DNA from: a virus
Strand: one strand, 5' to 3'
DNA length: 64,000 nt
Virus record (IMG/VR): IMGVR_UViG_3300045988_172778
Span: 82,530-146,529 of that record
Positions 27,882 to 36,719 of the stretch are shown here, in pieces. A program made the position numbers and the translations under genes. The notes under the pieces are model-generated. The model had not been told where the DNA came from. It ran no database searches and worked only from the letters and a program-made list of their open reading frames with translations. Numbering within the stretch: position 1 is the first letter of the stretch; every line of letters starts with the position of its first letter.

Positions 27882-28190
27882 ATGACACTTGACAAAAGAT
27901 ACCCCGTTGCGATAGACGATTTGCTCATCGAATTCGACGAGATGGATTATTGCCCGATGAATTTAAGCGGCGGCGATCCCGTTAAAGAGGCGATCGATTG
28001 GAGAGACAGATTGAGATACGAACTCGATTTGTTACTCGACGAAAAGAGCGCGATAGAACGCAGAGCGGTAGAAGGGTTTGTGGAAAAGTTAAAAGAGAAA
28101 GCACTTTCACATTGCAAAATTATAAATTGTTATGAACTAACATTTATAGAGGAAACTATTAACGAACTATTAGAGGATTATGAGAAATGA
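27882..28190 (+). CDS. hypothetical protein
   Basis: AAGAGGT SD then ATG at 27882. Confidence 0.6.
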   Translation: MTLDKRYPVAIDDLLIEFDEMDYCPMNLSGGDPVKEAIDWRDRLRYELDLLLDEKSAIERRAVEGFVEKLKEKALSHCKIINCYELTFIEETINELLEDYEK

Positions 28191-28348
28191 GCAAGAAAAA
28201 TAAAACTGAAAAATGGAAATATTGGCTTATCGAAGACGGCTCGCTTGACGTCGACGAATTACAACAGTTCATCGACGAAAACAACTTAAAGATAAAGATA
28301 ATTGTTTATCGGCAAGGTGCAACAAAACCTGAATTAAAAAGTTTTTAA
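28187..28348 (+). CDS. small hypothetical protein (53 aa)
   Basis: ATGA overlap with the upstream stop; fills an otherwise empty 170-nt gap; below the ORF-track cut-off. Confidence 0.5.
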   Translation: MSKKNKTEKWKYWLIEDGSLDVDELQQFIDENNLKIKIIVYRQGATKPELKSF

Positions 28349-28359
28349 GAGGTATAAAA

Positions 28360-28668
28360 ATGATAATTGATTATATCGGTCAGGAACTGATTTGGAATTT
28401 GACCGCGACGCACCCATACAAACAAAATCGCGGCAATTATATCATAGGGATAAATTGCAAAACCCCGAAACAGAACAAAGATGCCGTTCATTTTTTGAAG
28501 TCTCATCTCGGCAATGCACTCTTGACCGTAGAAACTCGAAAATACATCGATAAAAATACGGGGTTGGAATGCGTTCTTGTTAACACAATATCCGTTCCCG
28601 ACGCGTTTGGCGGGTTTGGAGAGGTAATATTTATAAACGAGTTCGCGAGGGAGATTAAAGGAGTTTAA
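28360..28668 (+). CDS. hypothetical protein
   Basis: AAGAGGT SD then ATG. Confidence 0.65.
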   Translation: MIIDYIGQELIWNLTATHPYKQNRGNYIIGINCKTPKQNKDAVHFLKSHLGNALLTVETRKYIDKNTGLECVLVNTISVPDAFGGFGEVIFINEFAREIKGV

Positions 28669-28671
28669 GAA

Positions 28672-28998
28672 ATGGAAACCATAGAAAGGAAAATATATAA
28701 CGGTTACGCGTTTACCGAAAACGAAAGAGAGAAGGCAAAAATAAATTACGAAATTTACAAAGAGTTGAATGGTAAATATAAAATACTTGGTATGTGCGCC
28801 CGCCCGTCAGACGAAGAAATAGAAGAGAACGATATCGTATACTCACGGAAAGCCTGTTATGGGCACGCTGAGTATAAAGTATGGAAATGCCCCAACGAGA
28901 TAACTATTAACGAGCTGTTGTTAATATTTGATGGCGGTAATTTATGTTTTGGTGGATATCGTCAAAGCGATAATTTATATACAGTAACAGAGGATTGA
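28672..28998 (+). CDS. hypothetical protein
   Basis: AAGGAG SD then ATG. Confidence 0.65.
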   Translation: METIERKIYNGYAFTENEREKAKINYEIYKELNGKYKILGMCARPSDEEIEENDIVYSRKACYGHAEYKVWKCPNEITINELLLIFDGGNLCFGGYRQSDNLYTVTED

Positions 28999-29001
28999 AA
29001 A

Positions 29002-29349
29002 ATGAATAAACGAAAAGTTATGGAAATAAATAAAGAATTAGTAAAATTAGTCGCAGAAAACCCTGAATTGCCAATAAAGGTTTTTATTGACTGGGAATGC
29101 AGCGATGGGGATTGCATGTTTGTCGGAGAAATTTATGACTGCAAAGTTACCGAAATAACAGAATACGATGATAATAAATGTTACGAAAGAGACGACTTTG
29201 ATTGGCTAAAAGACAGAATCTCTAATGATGTTTGTGATGAGCCTGAATATGTATATCTCACTGACGAAGAGTTCGATAAAGAGATGACAGAGAAAGTGGA
29301 ACAGCTCGGCTGGAAAAAGGTGATTTTGTTATATGTATCTGTTTGTTAA
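29002..29349 (+). CDS. hypothetical protein
   Basis: AGAGGA SD then ATG. Confidence 0.65.
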   Translation: MNKRKVMEINKELVKLVAENPELPIKVFIDWECSDGDCMFVGEIYDCKVTEITEYDDNKCYERDDFDWLKDRISNDVCDEPEYVYLTDEEFDKEMTEKVEQLGWKKVILLYVSVC

Positions 29350-29387
29350 AATATATATTTTATTTATAAATAAATTGTGAGGGATTT

Positions 29388-29867
29388 ATGAAAGCATATA
29401 GACATGTTTATCTTGATTTCCCCGATTTCGTACAGGAAAGTTATTATAAAGTTACGAGCAAAGTAACTCTTCAAAATGGCGTTGAAGACGAAATTGAAAC
29501 CATGATTGTTTGTGATGATCCATACGATGCAATGAAAATGGTTAAAGAGTTTCTTTTATCGAAAAGGTCTCGGCTCGTAACAGAAGTCCACGCGCAGTGG
29601 TTTGAATATGGTTCGTTGTTAGTTACAAAACCCGAAATTCCGCAGTCGAAATATATGGTCGTTTGCGATAATGTGAAGCGCATATTTTACGCGGACAACA
29701 GTTACAAAGAAGTCGAGCATTATTCGGTAATTCACACCGTTTCTAACGACTTAGCAGTTTATTACGGAACATTCGATACGAAAGAGGAGGCAGACGAACA
29801 TTGTGAGGAGTTGAACGAAGAATGGGAAGAATATTTTGGGAGAAGAAATGAAAACACCTTATTTTAA
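29388..29867 (+). CDS. hypothetical protein
   Basis: GAGGGA SD then ATG. Confidence 0.65.
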   Translation: MKAYRHVYLDFPDFVQESYYKVTSKVTLQNGVEDEIETMIVCDDPYDAMKMVKEFLLSKRSRLVTEVHAQWFEYGSLLVTKPEIPQSKYMVVCDNVKRIFYADNSYKEVEHYSVIHTVSNDLAVYYGTFDTKEEADEHCEELNEEWEEYFGRRNENTLF

Positions 29868-30228
29868 AAAAGTCTCTGATAGCGCAGGAAACGAGTGGGT
29901 TGATTCACAGGATATTTTTCAATACACTGACGAGCTTGATCCATTTTTCAATAAGTGGTATCAGTTCATCGTTAAGAAATGCGAACAACTGAATTATTAT
30001 AACAACCACACGTCGACCGCTTATGGCAACCCCGACCTTTCGTGGTTAATCGGCTTTTGTTCGGGGTGGATAACAGCAAGAAATTGTTATGAAGATTCCA
30101 AAGATAACGTTTGTTATATCAAAGATTCACGCGATAAAACGATTATGAAATTCGACGTTCCAAAAATTTCTGAAACAGAGCGAGAAGCCCGAAAGAAAAT
30201 CGATGAACTTTGGGAGAATATATTATGA
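29848..30228 (+). CDS. hypothetical protein
   Basis: ATG at 29848 behind GGGAGAAG. Confidence 0.6.
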   Translation: MKTPYFKKVSDSAGNEWVDSQDIFQYTDELDPFFNKWYQFIVKKCEQLNYYNNHTSTAYGNPDLSWLIGFCSGWITARNCYEDSKDNVCYIKDSRDKTIMKFDVPKISETEREARKKIDELWENIL

Positions 30229-30461
30229 ATGAAAAAGCAAAACAAATATTAGGCGAGCTCGAAACACTGGGTGAGCAGAGTGATTTCTGGTACGAAGATT
30301 TCTGGATTACAAGAAGTCCAATTGGCGGTTTTACTGTTGTTAAACGCGGACGTCTTTCCTCTTCTATTTCTTGTGAGCATTTTTCAAACGCTCAAAGAGT
30401 GGTAGATTTTTTGAGTAAATACGATAAGAGCTTGAAAACATTATACGAGGTAAAACTATGA
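30225..30461 (+). CDS. hypothetical protein
   Basis: ATG at 30225 behind GGGAG; ATGA overlap region. Confidence 0.6.
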   Translation: MNEKAKQILGELETLGEQSDFWYEDFWITRSPIGGFTVVKRGRLSSSISCEHFSNAQRVVDFLSKYDKSLKTLYEVKL

Positions 30462-30562
30462 CAGATTTAGAACATGATTTACAACTGAGCCTTGAATAGT
30501 GGACGCCAATTCCATATCACGAGGATGACGCAGAAGTTGATTGCGAAGAAACAGCAAATAAT

Positions 30563-30769
30563 TTGACTAAACTCGGTTATCAAAAAATAATTTGGCACGA
30601 TGTAAAGAAAGAATTACCTGAACTTAATAAATATGTACTGGGTTATTACTATAATAGTCAAAATTATGTAGTAGCTTCTTGGAATGGTGCTAATTGGTCT
30701 GATGGACATTGGATATATTATAATATAGATTATTGGGCTGAGTTACCAGAAATTAAGTTGGAGAAGTAA
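30563..30769 (+). CDS. DUF551-like protein, possibly the C-terminal part of an amber-interrupted gene starting at 30458
   Basis: TTG start without SD; the same frame holds ATG 30458 (ATGA overlap with the upstream gene) and an in-frame TAG at 30497-30499; LGYQKIIWHDVKKELPE...YWAELPE. Confidence 0.45.
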   Translation: MTKLGYQKIIWHDVKKELPELNKYVLGYYYNSQNYVVASWNGANWSDGHWIYYNIDYWAELPEIKLEK

Positions 30770-30771
30770 AT

Positions 30772-31113
30772 ATGGATGATATAGAATTAGCAAGAGATTT
30801 ATTTGAAACAACGCCTGGACCATGCAATTTAGGTAATTGTTTTGAATGTAGGTACTTTAATAAAGATAATATTTGTATAGAGTTAAAACAAGCTGAAAGT
30901 TTGGTTGCTAGAGGTTATCAAAAAATCAAGTGGCATAAAATTACTGATGAGAAAATTCCGTTAGAAGATGGCAAAGATGTACTTGTCATCGACGATTATG
31001 GGAATTATTGGGTTGCTAAATACGTCAAAACAACTAACTGGTTTGCAATATACGAAATGGATTGGCCTTACAAATTTATTGCATGGACAGAATTGCCAAA
31101 ATTCAGTAGATAA
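30772..31113 (+). CDS. DUF551-like protein
   Basis: RGYQKIKWHKITDEKIP...FIAWTELPKF; N-terminal CNLGNCFEC. Confidence 0.6.
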   Translation: MDDIELARDLFETTPGPCNLGNCFECRYFNKDNICIELKQAESLVARGYQKIKWHKITDEKIPLEDGKDVLVIDDYGNYWVAKYVKTTNWFAIYEMDWPYKFIAWTELPKFSR

Positions 31114-31138
31114 AACAGTAATTTCATGAGGTGAAAAT

Positions 31139-31537
31139 ATGAAAAATAATATACCCGAAATCGGCAAAACATACGCCTTTTTCGATGACGGCAAAACAGG
31201 GCTCACTCGTTGTTATAAAGCGATAGTTTTAGACATAATCCCGTCCAACGTTGTCGAGGAACTTTATCCAAAACTTTTCGCGGGTTGGAAAGAGAATCTT
31301 GAAAAAGCCAATTTCCTTTACGCGCCGATAACTGACTTTTTTATAAAATGCTCGATTCCGAATTACGCTTACAATAACGTATATTTCGTTAGAGACATAA
31401 AAGACGGTTGGTTCTCGATTGATTACCCGCACGGTTGGATGAGCGGCTTGCTCGATGTTGATGGGGAATATGGAAGAAAGAACGATGTCCCGCCCGTAGA
31501 TGAATGGGTGGCTGGAAAAGATTATTTGGGAGATTAA
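31139..31537 (+). CDS. hypothetical protein
   Basis: GAGGTG SD then ATG. Confidence 0.65.
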   Translation: MKNNIPEIGKTYAFFDDGKTGLTRCYKAIVLDIIPSNVVEELYPKLFAGWKENLEKANFLYAPITDFFIKCSIPNYAYNNVYFVRDIKDGWFSIDYPHGWMSGLLDVDGEYGRKNDVPPVDEWVAGKDYLGD

Positions 31538-31540
31538 GTT

Positions 31541-32083
31541 ATGAATGTTTATTTTAGTTCAACGCATTTACAAACTTTGTGTGATTTAAAAGCGCTCGCA
31601 GAAAAGCATGGGTGTTTTATTCGTTTCGGGGTAAATCAAGAGAATTCGGTGAATGTAGATTTTGATAAATTTGATAAAGCGACAGAAAAGATCATTCACG
31701 AATTATTAAATAAAGGAATATTTTCGCAGTCTGTGTATAATATGACATCGATGTATTTTGAGCTCTTCGATAATAATAACAAGACCTATCACACACTTAC
31801 TTACAACGAGGGAAGCCAATCCACTTCTTATGAATTAGGTTGGGCTGACGAATTATCAGACGAAGCAATCTCTTTTTTGGAATATAATTTAGTCGAATGG
31901 CAAACAATAGACGATATAGATGATACAAAGCTCACGATTTATTGTCGTTTAGATGAAACAAAAATTACAGGTTTCCCCAATCAAAAGCATCCAAGCGTTT
32001 ATCGCGAAGGAATGGCGCTAAAATTTTTCGGCGATTTGGTTTGCGATTATCTCGGCGAAGAAAGAATTGTGAGGACTTATTAA
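31541..32083 (+). CDS. hypothetical protein
   Basis: GGGAGA SD then ATG. Confidence 0.65.
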   Translation: MNVYFSSTHLQTLCDLKALAEKHGCFIRFGVNQENSVNVDFDKFDKATEKIIHELLNKGIFSQSVYNMTSMYFELFDNNNKTYHTLTYNEGSQSTSYELGWADELSDEAISFLEYNLVEWQTIDDIDDTKLTIYCRLDETKITGFPNQKHPSVYREGMALKFFGDLVCDYLGEERIVRTY

Positions 32084-32346
32084 TGACAAAAGATAGTTTT
32101 ATTGCATCAATTAAACATTTTGAATCTTTACAAAAACGTTATCAAACCACTAATAACAAGAAGATGTGTGATATAATCTCCAATGCGTTGCAAAGCATGA
32201 ATTTATATTTTAGAATTAAAGATGTGATAGAAGAGTTTTATCCTACGAGCGCAGTTCAGCTAGAATTTTGGCTGGACAAAAATGGATGTTTATCGACTAA
32301 ATATATTCAGGGAGGAGTACAACCGAATGATAAAGATTACGAATAA
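32083..32346 (+). CDS. hypothetical protein
   Basis: TAATG overlap with the upstream stop. Confidence 0.6.
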   Translation: MTKDSFIASIKHFESLQKRYQTTNNKKMCDIISNALQSMNLYFRIKDVIEEFYPTSAVQLEFWLDKNGCLSTKYIQGGVQPNDKDYE

Positions 32347-32635
32347 AGACTTTTACAAAAGATACAAAAATTTCAGCGGTTCGTTTTTCGAGTGGTTTCG
32401 TGCCTGCGTAAACGAGAAAGACGTTTTCCGTTTTTGGTACAAAGGCGACCCCGAAGACGCCAACGGCGATTACGTCCAAATTTCGAGCGTTATCGATATC
32501 GGAGGAGACTTCCTGCTCGGATTGAAATTCGTCGATTGGAATGGCGAAGAAGAAGGAAAAGAAATGGTCGAGTTTGTAAGGTTGAGCGAAGTAAGAACAA
32601 TCGAGATTTTCGCGAATGAGGAGAACGAGGAATGA
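32327..32635 (+). CDS. hypothetical protein
   Basis: GGGAGGAG SD then ATG at 32327. Confidence 0.6.
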   Translation: MIKITNKDFYKRYKNFSGSFFEWFRACVNEKDVFRFWYKGDPEDANGDYVQISSVIDIGGDFLLGLKFVDWNGEEEGKEMVEFVRLSEVRTIEIFANEENEE

Positions 32636-32883
32636 GATTAGGCACGATTCCCGAATTAAGTCGCGAACAACTCGAAAAGAAATTCCCGCGAAAAGGTTAT
32701 TACATCACTTTTTACCCCGTGGAAGACGGTTTCCCTGACCCGATAAACGCGCCGCAGATTTTCGTAAAACTTACCGAATCGAAAGCAAAGGAGTTGGCAG
32801 AACTTTTCGAAAGGACGAACGAGAAGAACGACGGGCTGAAAATTACAATAGAAATTTTTAAAATGAGCGACGAAAACGCTTGA
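32632..32883 (+). CDS. hypothetical protein
   Basis: ATGA overlap; GAGGAG SD. Confidence 0.65.
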   Translation: MRLGTIPELSREQLEKKFPRKGYYITFYPVEDGFPDPINAPQIFVKLTESKAKELAELFERTNEKNDGLKITIEIFKMSDENA

Positions 32884-32908
32884 CATTCGTCTTCGATTAT
32901 GTTATAAT
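32880..32908 (+). promoter_or_regulatory. sigma-A/sigma-70 consensus promoter
   Basis: TTGACA 32880-32885 (overlaps the upstream stop codon), 17-nt spacer, TGt then TATAAT 32903-32908. Confidence 0.8.
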
Positions 32909-32951
32909 AAACACGTAAAGTGTTAGCAATATTTCACAGGGAGGTAGAAGA

Positions 32952-33131
32952 ATGTGGGTGACAGACATATTGCATATATTAGAAACATACACTGAATCGT
33001 TGAAGAGTTATTTACGTGAGGCGGGATACGAAAAGTGGTTACAGGAAGGGACTTGCCAATTAAAAAATATCGAGGAAGCAATCGATATGATAGCAGAAGA
33101 TTATTTTAAGGATGAATTGAATCGTGATTAA
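32952..33131 (+). CDS. small hypothetical protein (59 aa)
   Basis: GGGAGGTAG SD then ATG; first ORF after the promoter; just below the ORF-track cut-off. Confidence 0.55.
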   Translation: MWVTDILHILETYTESLKSYLREAGYEKWLQEGTCQLKNIEEAIDMIAEDYFKDELNRD

Positions 33132-33786
33132 ATTTCAAAAACCGTTATCGGGAATCGATTACATAATCAGCTTCGACCTCGCGCTTTATAAGACAGGTGT
33201 CTCGATTTACGACATTTCTCAAAAATCAATCGTTCGAACCGACAAAATCGAAGTCTCGCACACCGATGAAACACCCGTCGCGACGCTTTATACGAAACTC
33301 AAAGAATACCTGACGTCGGCAGTCGAGAAATACGGCAATTTGCTGATGATTGTCAAAGAAGCGATGCCCGCGCAGGCAGGTCGATTTACGACAATCGCGA
33401 CGCTCCAAACGCTCGCGAAGGCGCACGCGGCTCTCGACATCGCGGTTGCAAAGGTGGATGGAGTTGATTTTTACGACGAAGTGGGCGTTCACGCGGTCTC
33501 GGTAAAAGCACTTTTCAAAACCGATGAAACGTCGAAACCGACAAAGACCGACATCAAAAAAGCAGTTTGCGCCCATTATGGGCTGAAAATGGGCGATTTG
33601 ACGGATGATGAAAGCGATTCGGTCGCGGTAATTTACACGCTCATAAAGAAGAAGTGGAACGCGGATTTGAAGGACGAGATAAAGCGCATTAAAAAAGAGA
33701 TGAAAGGCTTAAAACAGGAACGAGCAATCGTCGCTCACGAGAAGAGAATTGAAGAATTACAGGCGATGGTTTTGGAGGTAGAATAA
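33124..33786 (+). CDS. RuvC-like Holliday junction resolvase
   Basis: N-terminal YIISFDLALYKTGVSIYD and C-terminal DDESDSVAVIY resemble the RuvC-fold catalytic Asp motifs; GTG start. Confidence 0.55.
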   Translation: MIKFQKPLSGIDYIISFDLALYKTGVSIYDISQKSIVRTDKIEVSHTDETPVATLYTKLKEYLTSAVEKYGNLLMIVKEAMPAQAGRFTTIATLQTLAKAHAALDIAVAKVDGVDFYDEVGVHAVSVKALFKTDETSKPTKTDIKKAVCAHYGLKMGDLTDDESDSVAVIYTLIKKKWNADLKDEIKRIKKEMKGLKQERAIVAHEKRIEELQAMVLEVE

Positions 33787-34391
33787 TGGCAAACGATTGG
33801 ACAGGAAACTCAAACTCAATTTATAAAACTCTCGGGACAAGTAATCACACAGACAAAGAACGCGAAGAGAACGATTTTTACGCAACTGAACCAATTGCGA
33901 TAGACAAACTTTATGCGACTGGTGAATTGACTTGCAAAGATATTTGGGAGTGTGCTTGCGGGCAAGGGGACTTGTCTAAAAGACTCGAAGATTTTGGATA
34001 CAATGTAACTTCAACGGATTTAATCGATCGAGGATATGGCAAAGGTGGCGTTGATTTCTTTAAATGTAATGAAGTATTTAATGGCGATATTTTAACCAAT
34101 CCGCCTTATAAGTATGCGAAAGAGTTTGCTTTAAAAGGATTGGAATTAGTTCCCAAAGGGCATAAAGTATTCATGTTCCTCAAACTCACATTCCTCGAAG
34201 GTAAAACTCGTTACAACGAACTCTTTTCTAAATATCCGCCGAAAAAGATTTATGTCTTTTCTCAACGCGTTTTATGCGCAAAGAATGGCGAGTTCGAAAG
34301 AATGAAAGCTGGCGGTGGTTCGGCGGTCGCTTATGCTTGGTACGTCTGGGAAAAGGGTTTTACGGGTGATACGGTCGTAAAATGGATATAA
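33786..34391 (+). CDS. N6-adenine DNA methyltransferase
   Basis: SAM motif I-like WECACGQGDL and catalytic LTNPPY motif IV. Confidence 0.7.
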   Translation: MANDWTGNSNSIYKTLGTSNHTDKEREENDFYATEPIAIDKLYATGELTCKDIWECACGQGDLSKRLEDFGYNVTSTDLIDRGYGKGGVDFFKCNEVFNGDILTNPPYKYAKEFALKGLELVPKGHKVFMFLKLTFLEGKTRYNELFSKYPPKKIYVFSQRVLCAKNGEFERMKAGGGSAVAYAWYVWEKGFTGDTVVKWI

Positions 34392-34452
34392 TAAAATACT
34401 AATTTTATCACACAACAAAAAATAAAAATTTTCAAAAACTTCGTTCAAACAC

Positions 34453-34481
34453 TTGACAGGGCGAAGTTTTTGTGTTATAAT
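34453..34481 (+). promoter_or_regulatory. sigma-A/sigma-70 consensus promoter
   Basis: TTGACA 34453-34458, 17-nt spacer, TGt then TATAAT 34476-34481; ACTTCG/CGAAGT hairpin (34438-34467) plus T-run around the -35 box. Confidence 0.8.
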
Positions 34482-34504
34482 GGAGCCACAATCGGAGGTA
34501 AATT

Positions 34505-34705
34505 ATGAAAAGACTTAACGCAAAAGGTATGGAAAAACTCAACGAAATCTCAACTAAATATCGTTTTAAATCGGCATTTGAGATAGAACAAGAGGAATCT
34601 TATGATTTTTGTAACGACATTTTAAAAGCGGCTTATCTCGGGCTTAATCTCGACCCTGAAGATTTAGACTGGATTACCGAAGTTAGAGACGCGATGTGTG
34701 AATAA
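34505..34705 (+). CDS. hypothetical protein
   Basis: GGAGGTA SD then ATG. Confidence 0.65.
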   Translation: MKRLNAKGMEKLNEISTKYRFKSAFEIEQEESYDFCNDILKAAYLGLNLDPEDLDWITEVRDAMCE

Positions 34706-34716
34706 AGAGGTAGATT

Positions 34717-35124
34717 ATGAGAACAAAGAATAAAGACATCGCAATGATCTGTAAAGGATTTTATGTGGTTACTAATGAATATCGTAATCCTATTTCAGCA
34801 TTAAAAGATTATATCAAAGAATATACAGGGAACGCAGAATTATCGTCGGAGAGTCTTCTGCATCATTTGACGAAAGCTGTTTTGGAATTTATACCAAAAG
34901 AAGAATTGCTAAGAGCGACATTTACACAATCTTCTCAAATTGGAAACACAGAGATAAAACCACGGTGTTTTTTAGAACATCTTTATCTTCATTTGTTGGG
35001 CGGAATTGCGATAGACGAGATTGGAGTGAACGATTATCTTGAAATTTGGGAATATATTGAAGACAATCGTCACAGTAAAAAACCTTGGTGGTCTATTGAC
35101 AAATTTAAGGAGAATATTAAATGA
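34717..35124 (+). CDS. hypothetical protein
   Basis: AGAGGTAG SD then ATG. Confidence 0.65.
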   Translation: MRTKNKDIAMICKGFYVVTNEYRNPISALKDYIKEYTGNAELSSESLLHHLTKAVLEFIPKEELLRATFTQSSQIGNTEIKPRCFLEHLYLHLLGGIAIDEIGVNDYLEIWEYIEDNRHSKKPWWSIDKFKENIK

Positions 35125-35561
35125 GACTGTGGCACATTGATTTAATTCCGTATCTTCCAAAATCGCAGTTACTCGCGCAATGGCGCGAGCTCAACTCGAT
35201 ATACGCAAAACAGGATAGGCACATTTTAATTAATTATATATACGATTACAACCGTCATTACCTCAAAGCGTATTCAGACAAGGTAATTGCTGAAATGCGG
35301 CGGCGCGAAATAAAGATTCGTGACTTGTCAAAATACGACGCTTATTTTTGGGGAATGCAGAACGGGTTCGCGGGGAAAGAAATCGTCGGATTAGAATCGG
35401 GTTTGCGGTTCAAAGAACACGACGACGAATATTTACGGATTTGTTTTTACAATCTTAAAGAGAAATATATGCGCGGGCAAAAAGATTTTGATTACCCGAC
35501 GTGGATAAAATTATATTATTTTTGCAAAAATATTTTAGAAAAGGAGAAAACCAATGGCTGA
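35121..35561 (+). CDS. pyrimidine-dimer DNA glycosylase-like (DenV/Pyr_excise-like) protein
   Basis: MRLWHIDLIPYLPKSQLLAQWRELNSIY parallels the LxxELxDQHLMAEYRELPRV N-terminus of T4 endonuclease V. Confidence 0.5.
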   Translation: MRLWHIDLIPYLPKSQLLAQWRELNSIYAKQDRHILINYIYDYNRHYLKAYSDKVIAEMRRREIKIRDLSKYDAYFWGMQNGFAGKEIVGLESGLRFKEHDDEYLRICFYNLKEKYMRGQKDFDYPTWIKLYYFCKNILEKEKTNG

Positions 35562-36042
35562 ATTTCCAAAGGTGTTATGCAAGGATTTTAACTGCAACAA
35601 ACAACTCATAGAAAATTACGACATTTTGCGTTATCGCGAAGGCGACATCAAAAAACTCAAAAAGAAGTGCGCGACGCGAGCCGAGTTCGCCGAAGAACTT
35701 CGCAAAGAATTTATGTGGCGGTTTTGGTCGAAAGCTGAACACGAACTCATCATAAGTAAAACCGAAGACGGGAGAATTTTACTCACGCCGTGGTGCGGTT
35801 GTTATGATGAAGAAAAAGCGACGATCGACGTGACAGACGATTACTCGCAGCTTGATTGGGGCGTGTTCGCCGATCATCACATAAACAAACAAATTTTCAA
35901 AACCGAGGCGAAAATCGACGTTTACGACCAAATTATGTTCGGCGACAGATTTGAAAAGTTAGTCGACACATTATGGACAACGCGATTCAAATACGAACGC
36001 GACAACCCAAAATTCCACGACCAAGATAAGGAGAACAAATAA
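35554..36042 (+). CDS. hypothetical protein
   Basis: AAGGAG SD then ATG. Confidence 0.65.
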   Translation: MAEFPKVLCKDFNCNKQLIENYDILRYREGDIKKLKKKCATRAEFAEELRKEFMWRFWSKAEHELIISKTEDGRILLTPWCGCYDEEKATIDVTDDYSQLDWGVFADHHINKQIFKTEAKIDVYDQIMFGDRFEKLVDTLWTTRFKYERDNPKFHDQDKENK

Positions 36043-36554
36043 TGAACTGGAATAGACAATCGGTTAGAGAATTCAACCGCAAACACAAAACCAATTGCAC
36101 AAAGGCAGAACTCGAAGCACTTGAATTTGCAATAAAGTTCCGCGCAGGTAACGCGAACGTTCAATCGATGAGCGACCTCGCGCTTAACCCGTTCATCAAC
36201 ATCGAACTTGAAGAGTCAATTCCCGAAGGAACGGAAGTAAAGCTTAATTATGAGACCATAAAGAGCCGCCCGACTTATCCGAGGTTGTCGCAGAAATACA
36301 AAGATTTCATTGAGGCGAATAAAGACGCGATTTTACACACGACGGACGAGAACGCGAAGAAAGGCTACGTTTGTCTCGCCGAAGACCCCGATAAATTGTG
36401 GTTATGGACGCCGCTTTTCGACCTTTTGTATCGGAACGAAGCGGGCGAGTTTGTGGAATACGGCGACTCGATTTTAGCGCCGAAAGAAGAAGAAAAAGAT
36501 GGAGAGGAAGAAAATGTACCAAACAAAACTGACGAAGGAACAGTTATCGTATAA
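36042..36554 (+). CDS. hypothetical protein
   Basis: TAATG overlap; AAGGAG SD. Confidence 0.65.
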   Translation: MNWNRQSVREFNRKHKTNCTKAELEALEFAIKFRAGNANVQSMSDLALNPFINIELEESIPEGTEVKLNYETIKSRPTYPRLSQKYKDFIEANKDAILHTTDENAKKGYVCLAEDPDKLWLWTPLFDLLYRNEAGEFVEYGDSILAPKEEEKDGEEENVPNKTDEGTVIV

Positions 36555-36672
36555 CATTGCGTATCATCTTGAAAAGGAAACCGACAAACCGACGCATGAA
36601 GTTATTATCGAAACGTTGGCGGCATACGAAGAAAAACCAAAAAAAGCATCAAAAACGCTTGACAACGATTAA
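36514..36672 (+). CDS. small hypothetical protein (52 aa)
   Basis: GGAGAGGAAG SD then ATG at 36514; overlaps the upstream 3' end, and its stop lies inside the next promoter. Confidence 0.4.
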   Translation: MYQTKLTKEQLSYNIAYHLEKETDKPTHEVIIETLAAYEEKPKKASKTLDND

Positions 36673-36687
36673 AAAGCGTGCTATAAT
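36659..36687 (+). promoter_or_regulatory. sigma-A/sigma-70 consensus promoter
   Basis: TTGACA 36659-36664, 17-nt spacer, TGc then TATAAT 36682-36687. Confidence 0.8.
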
Positions 36688-36719
36688 GAAAAAAAAAGTG
36701 ATTAAAAGGAGCAAATTAA

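Noticed and set aside
32392-32619. 75-aa Arg-rich ORF in an alternative + frame
   Set aside because: It is embedded entirely in the SD-preceded gene at 32327-32635. Its RRRQRR-type sequence is a frame artefact of GAA/GAC-rich coding sequence.
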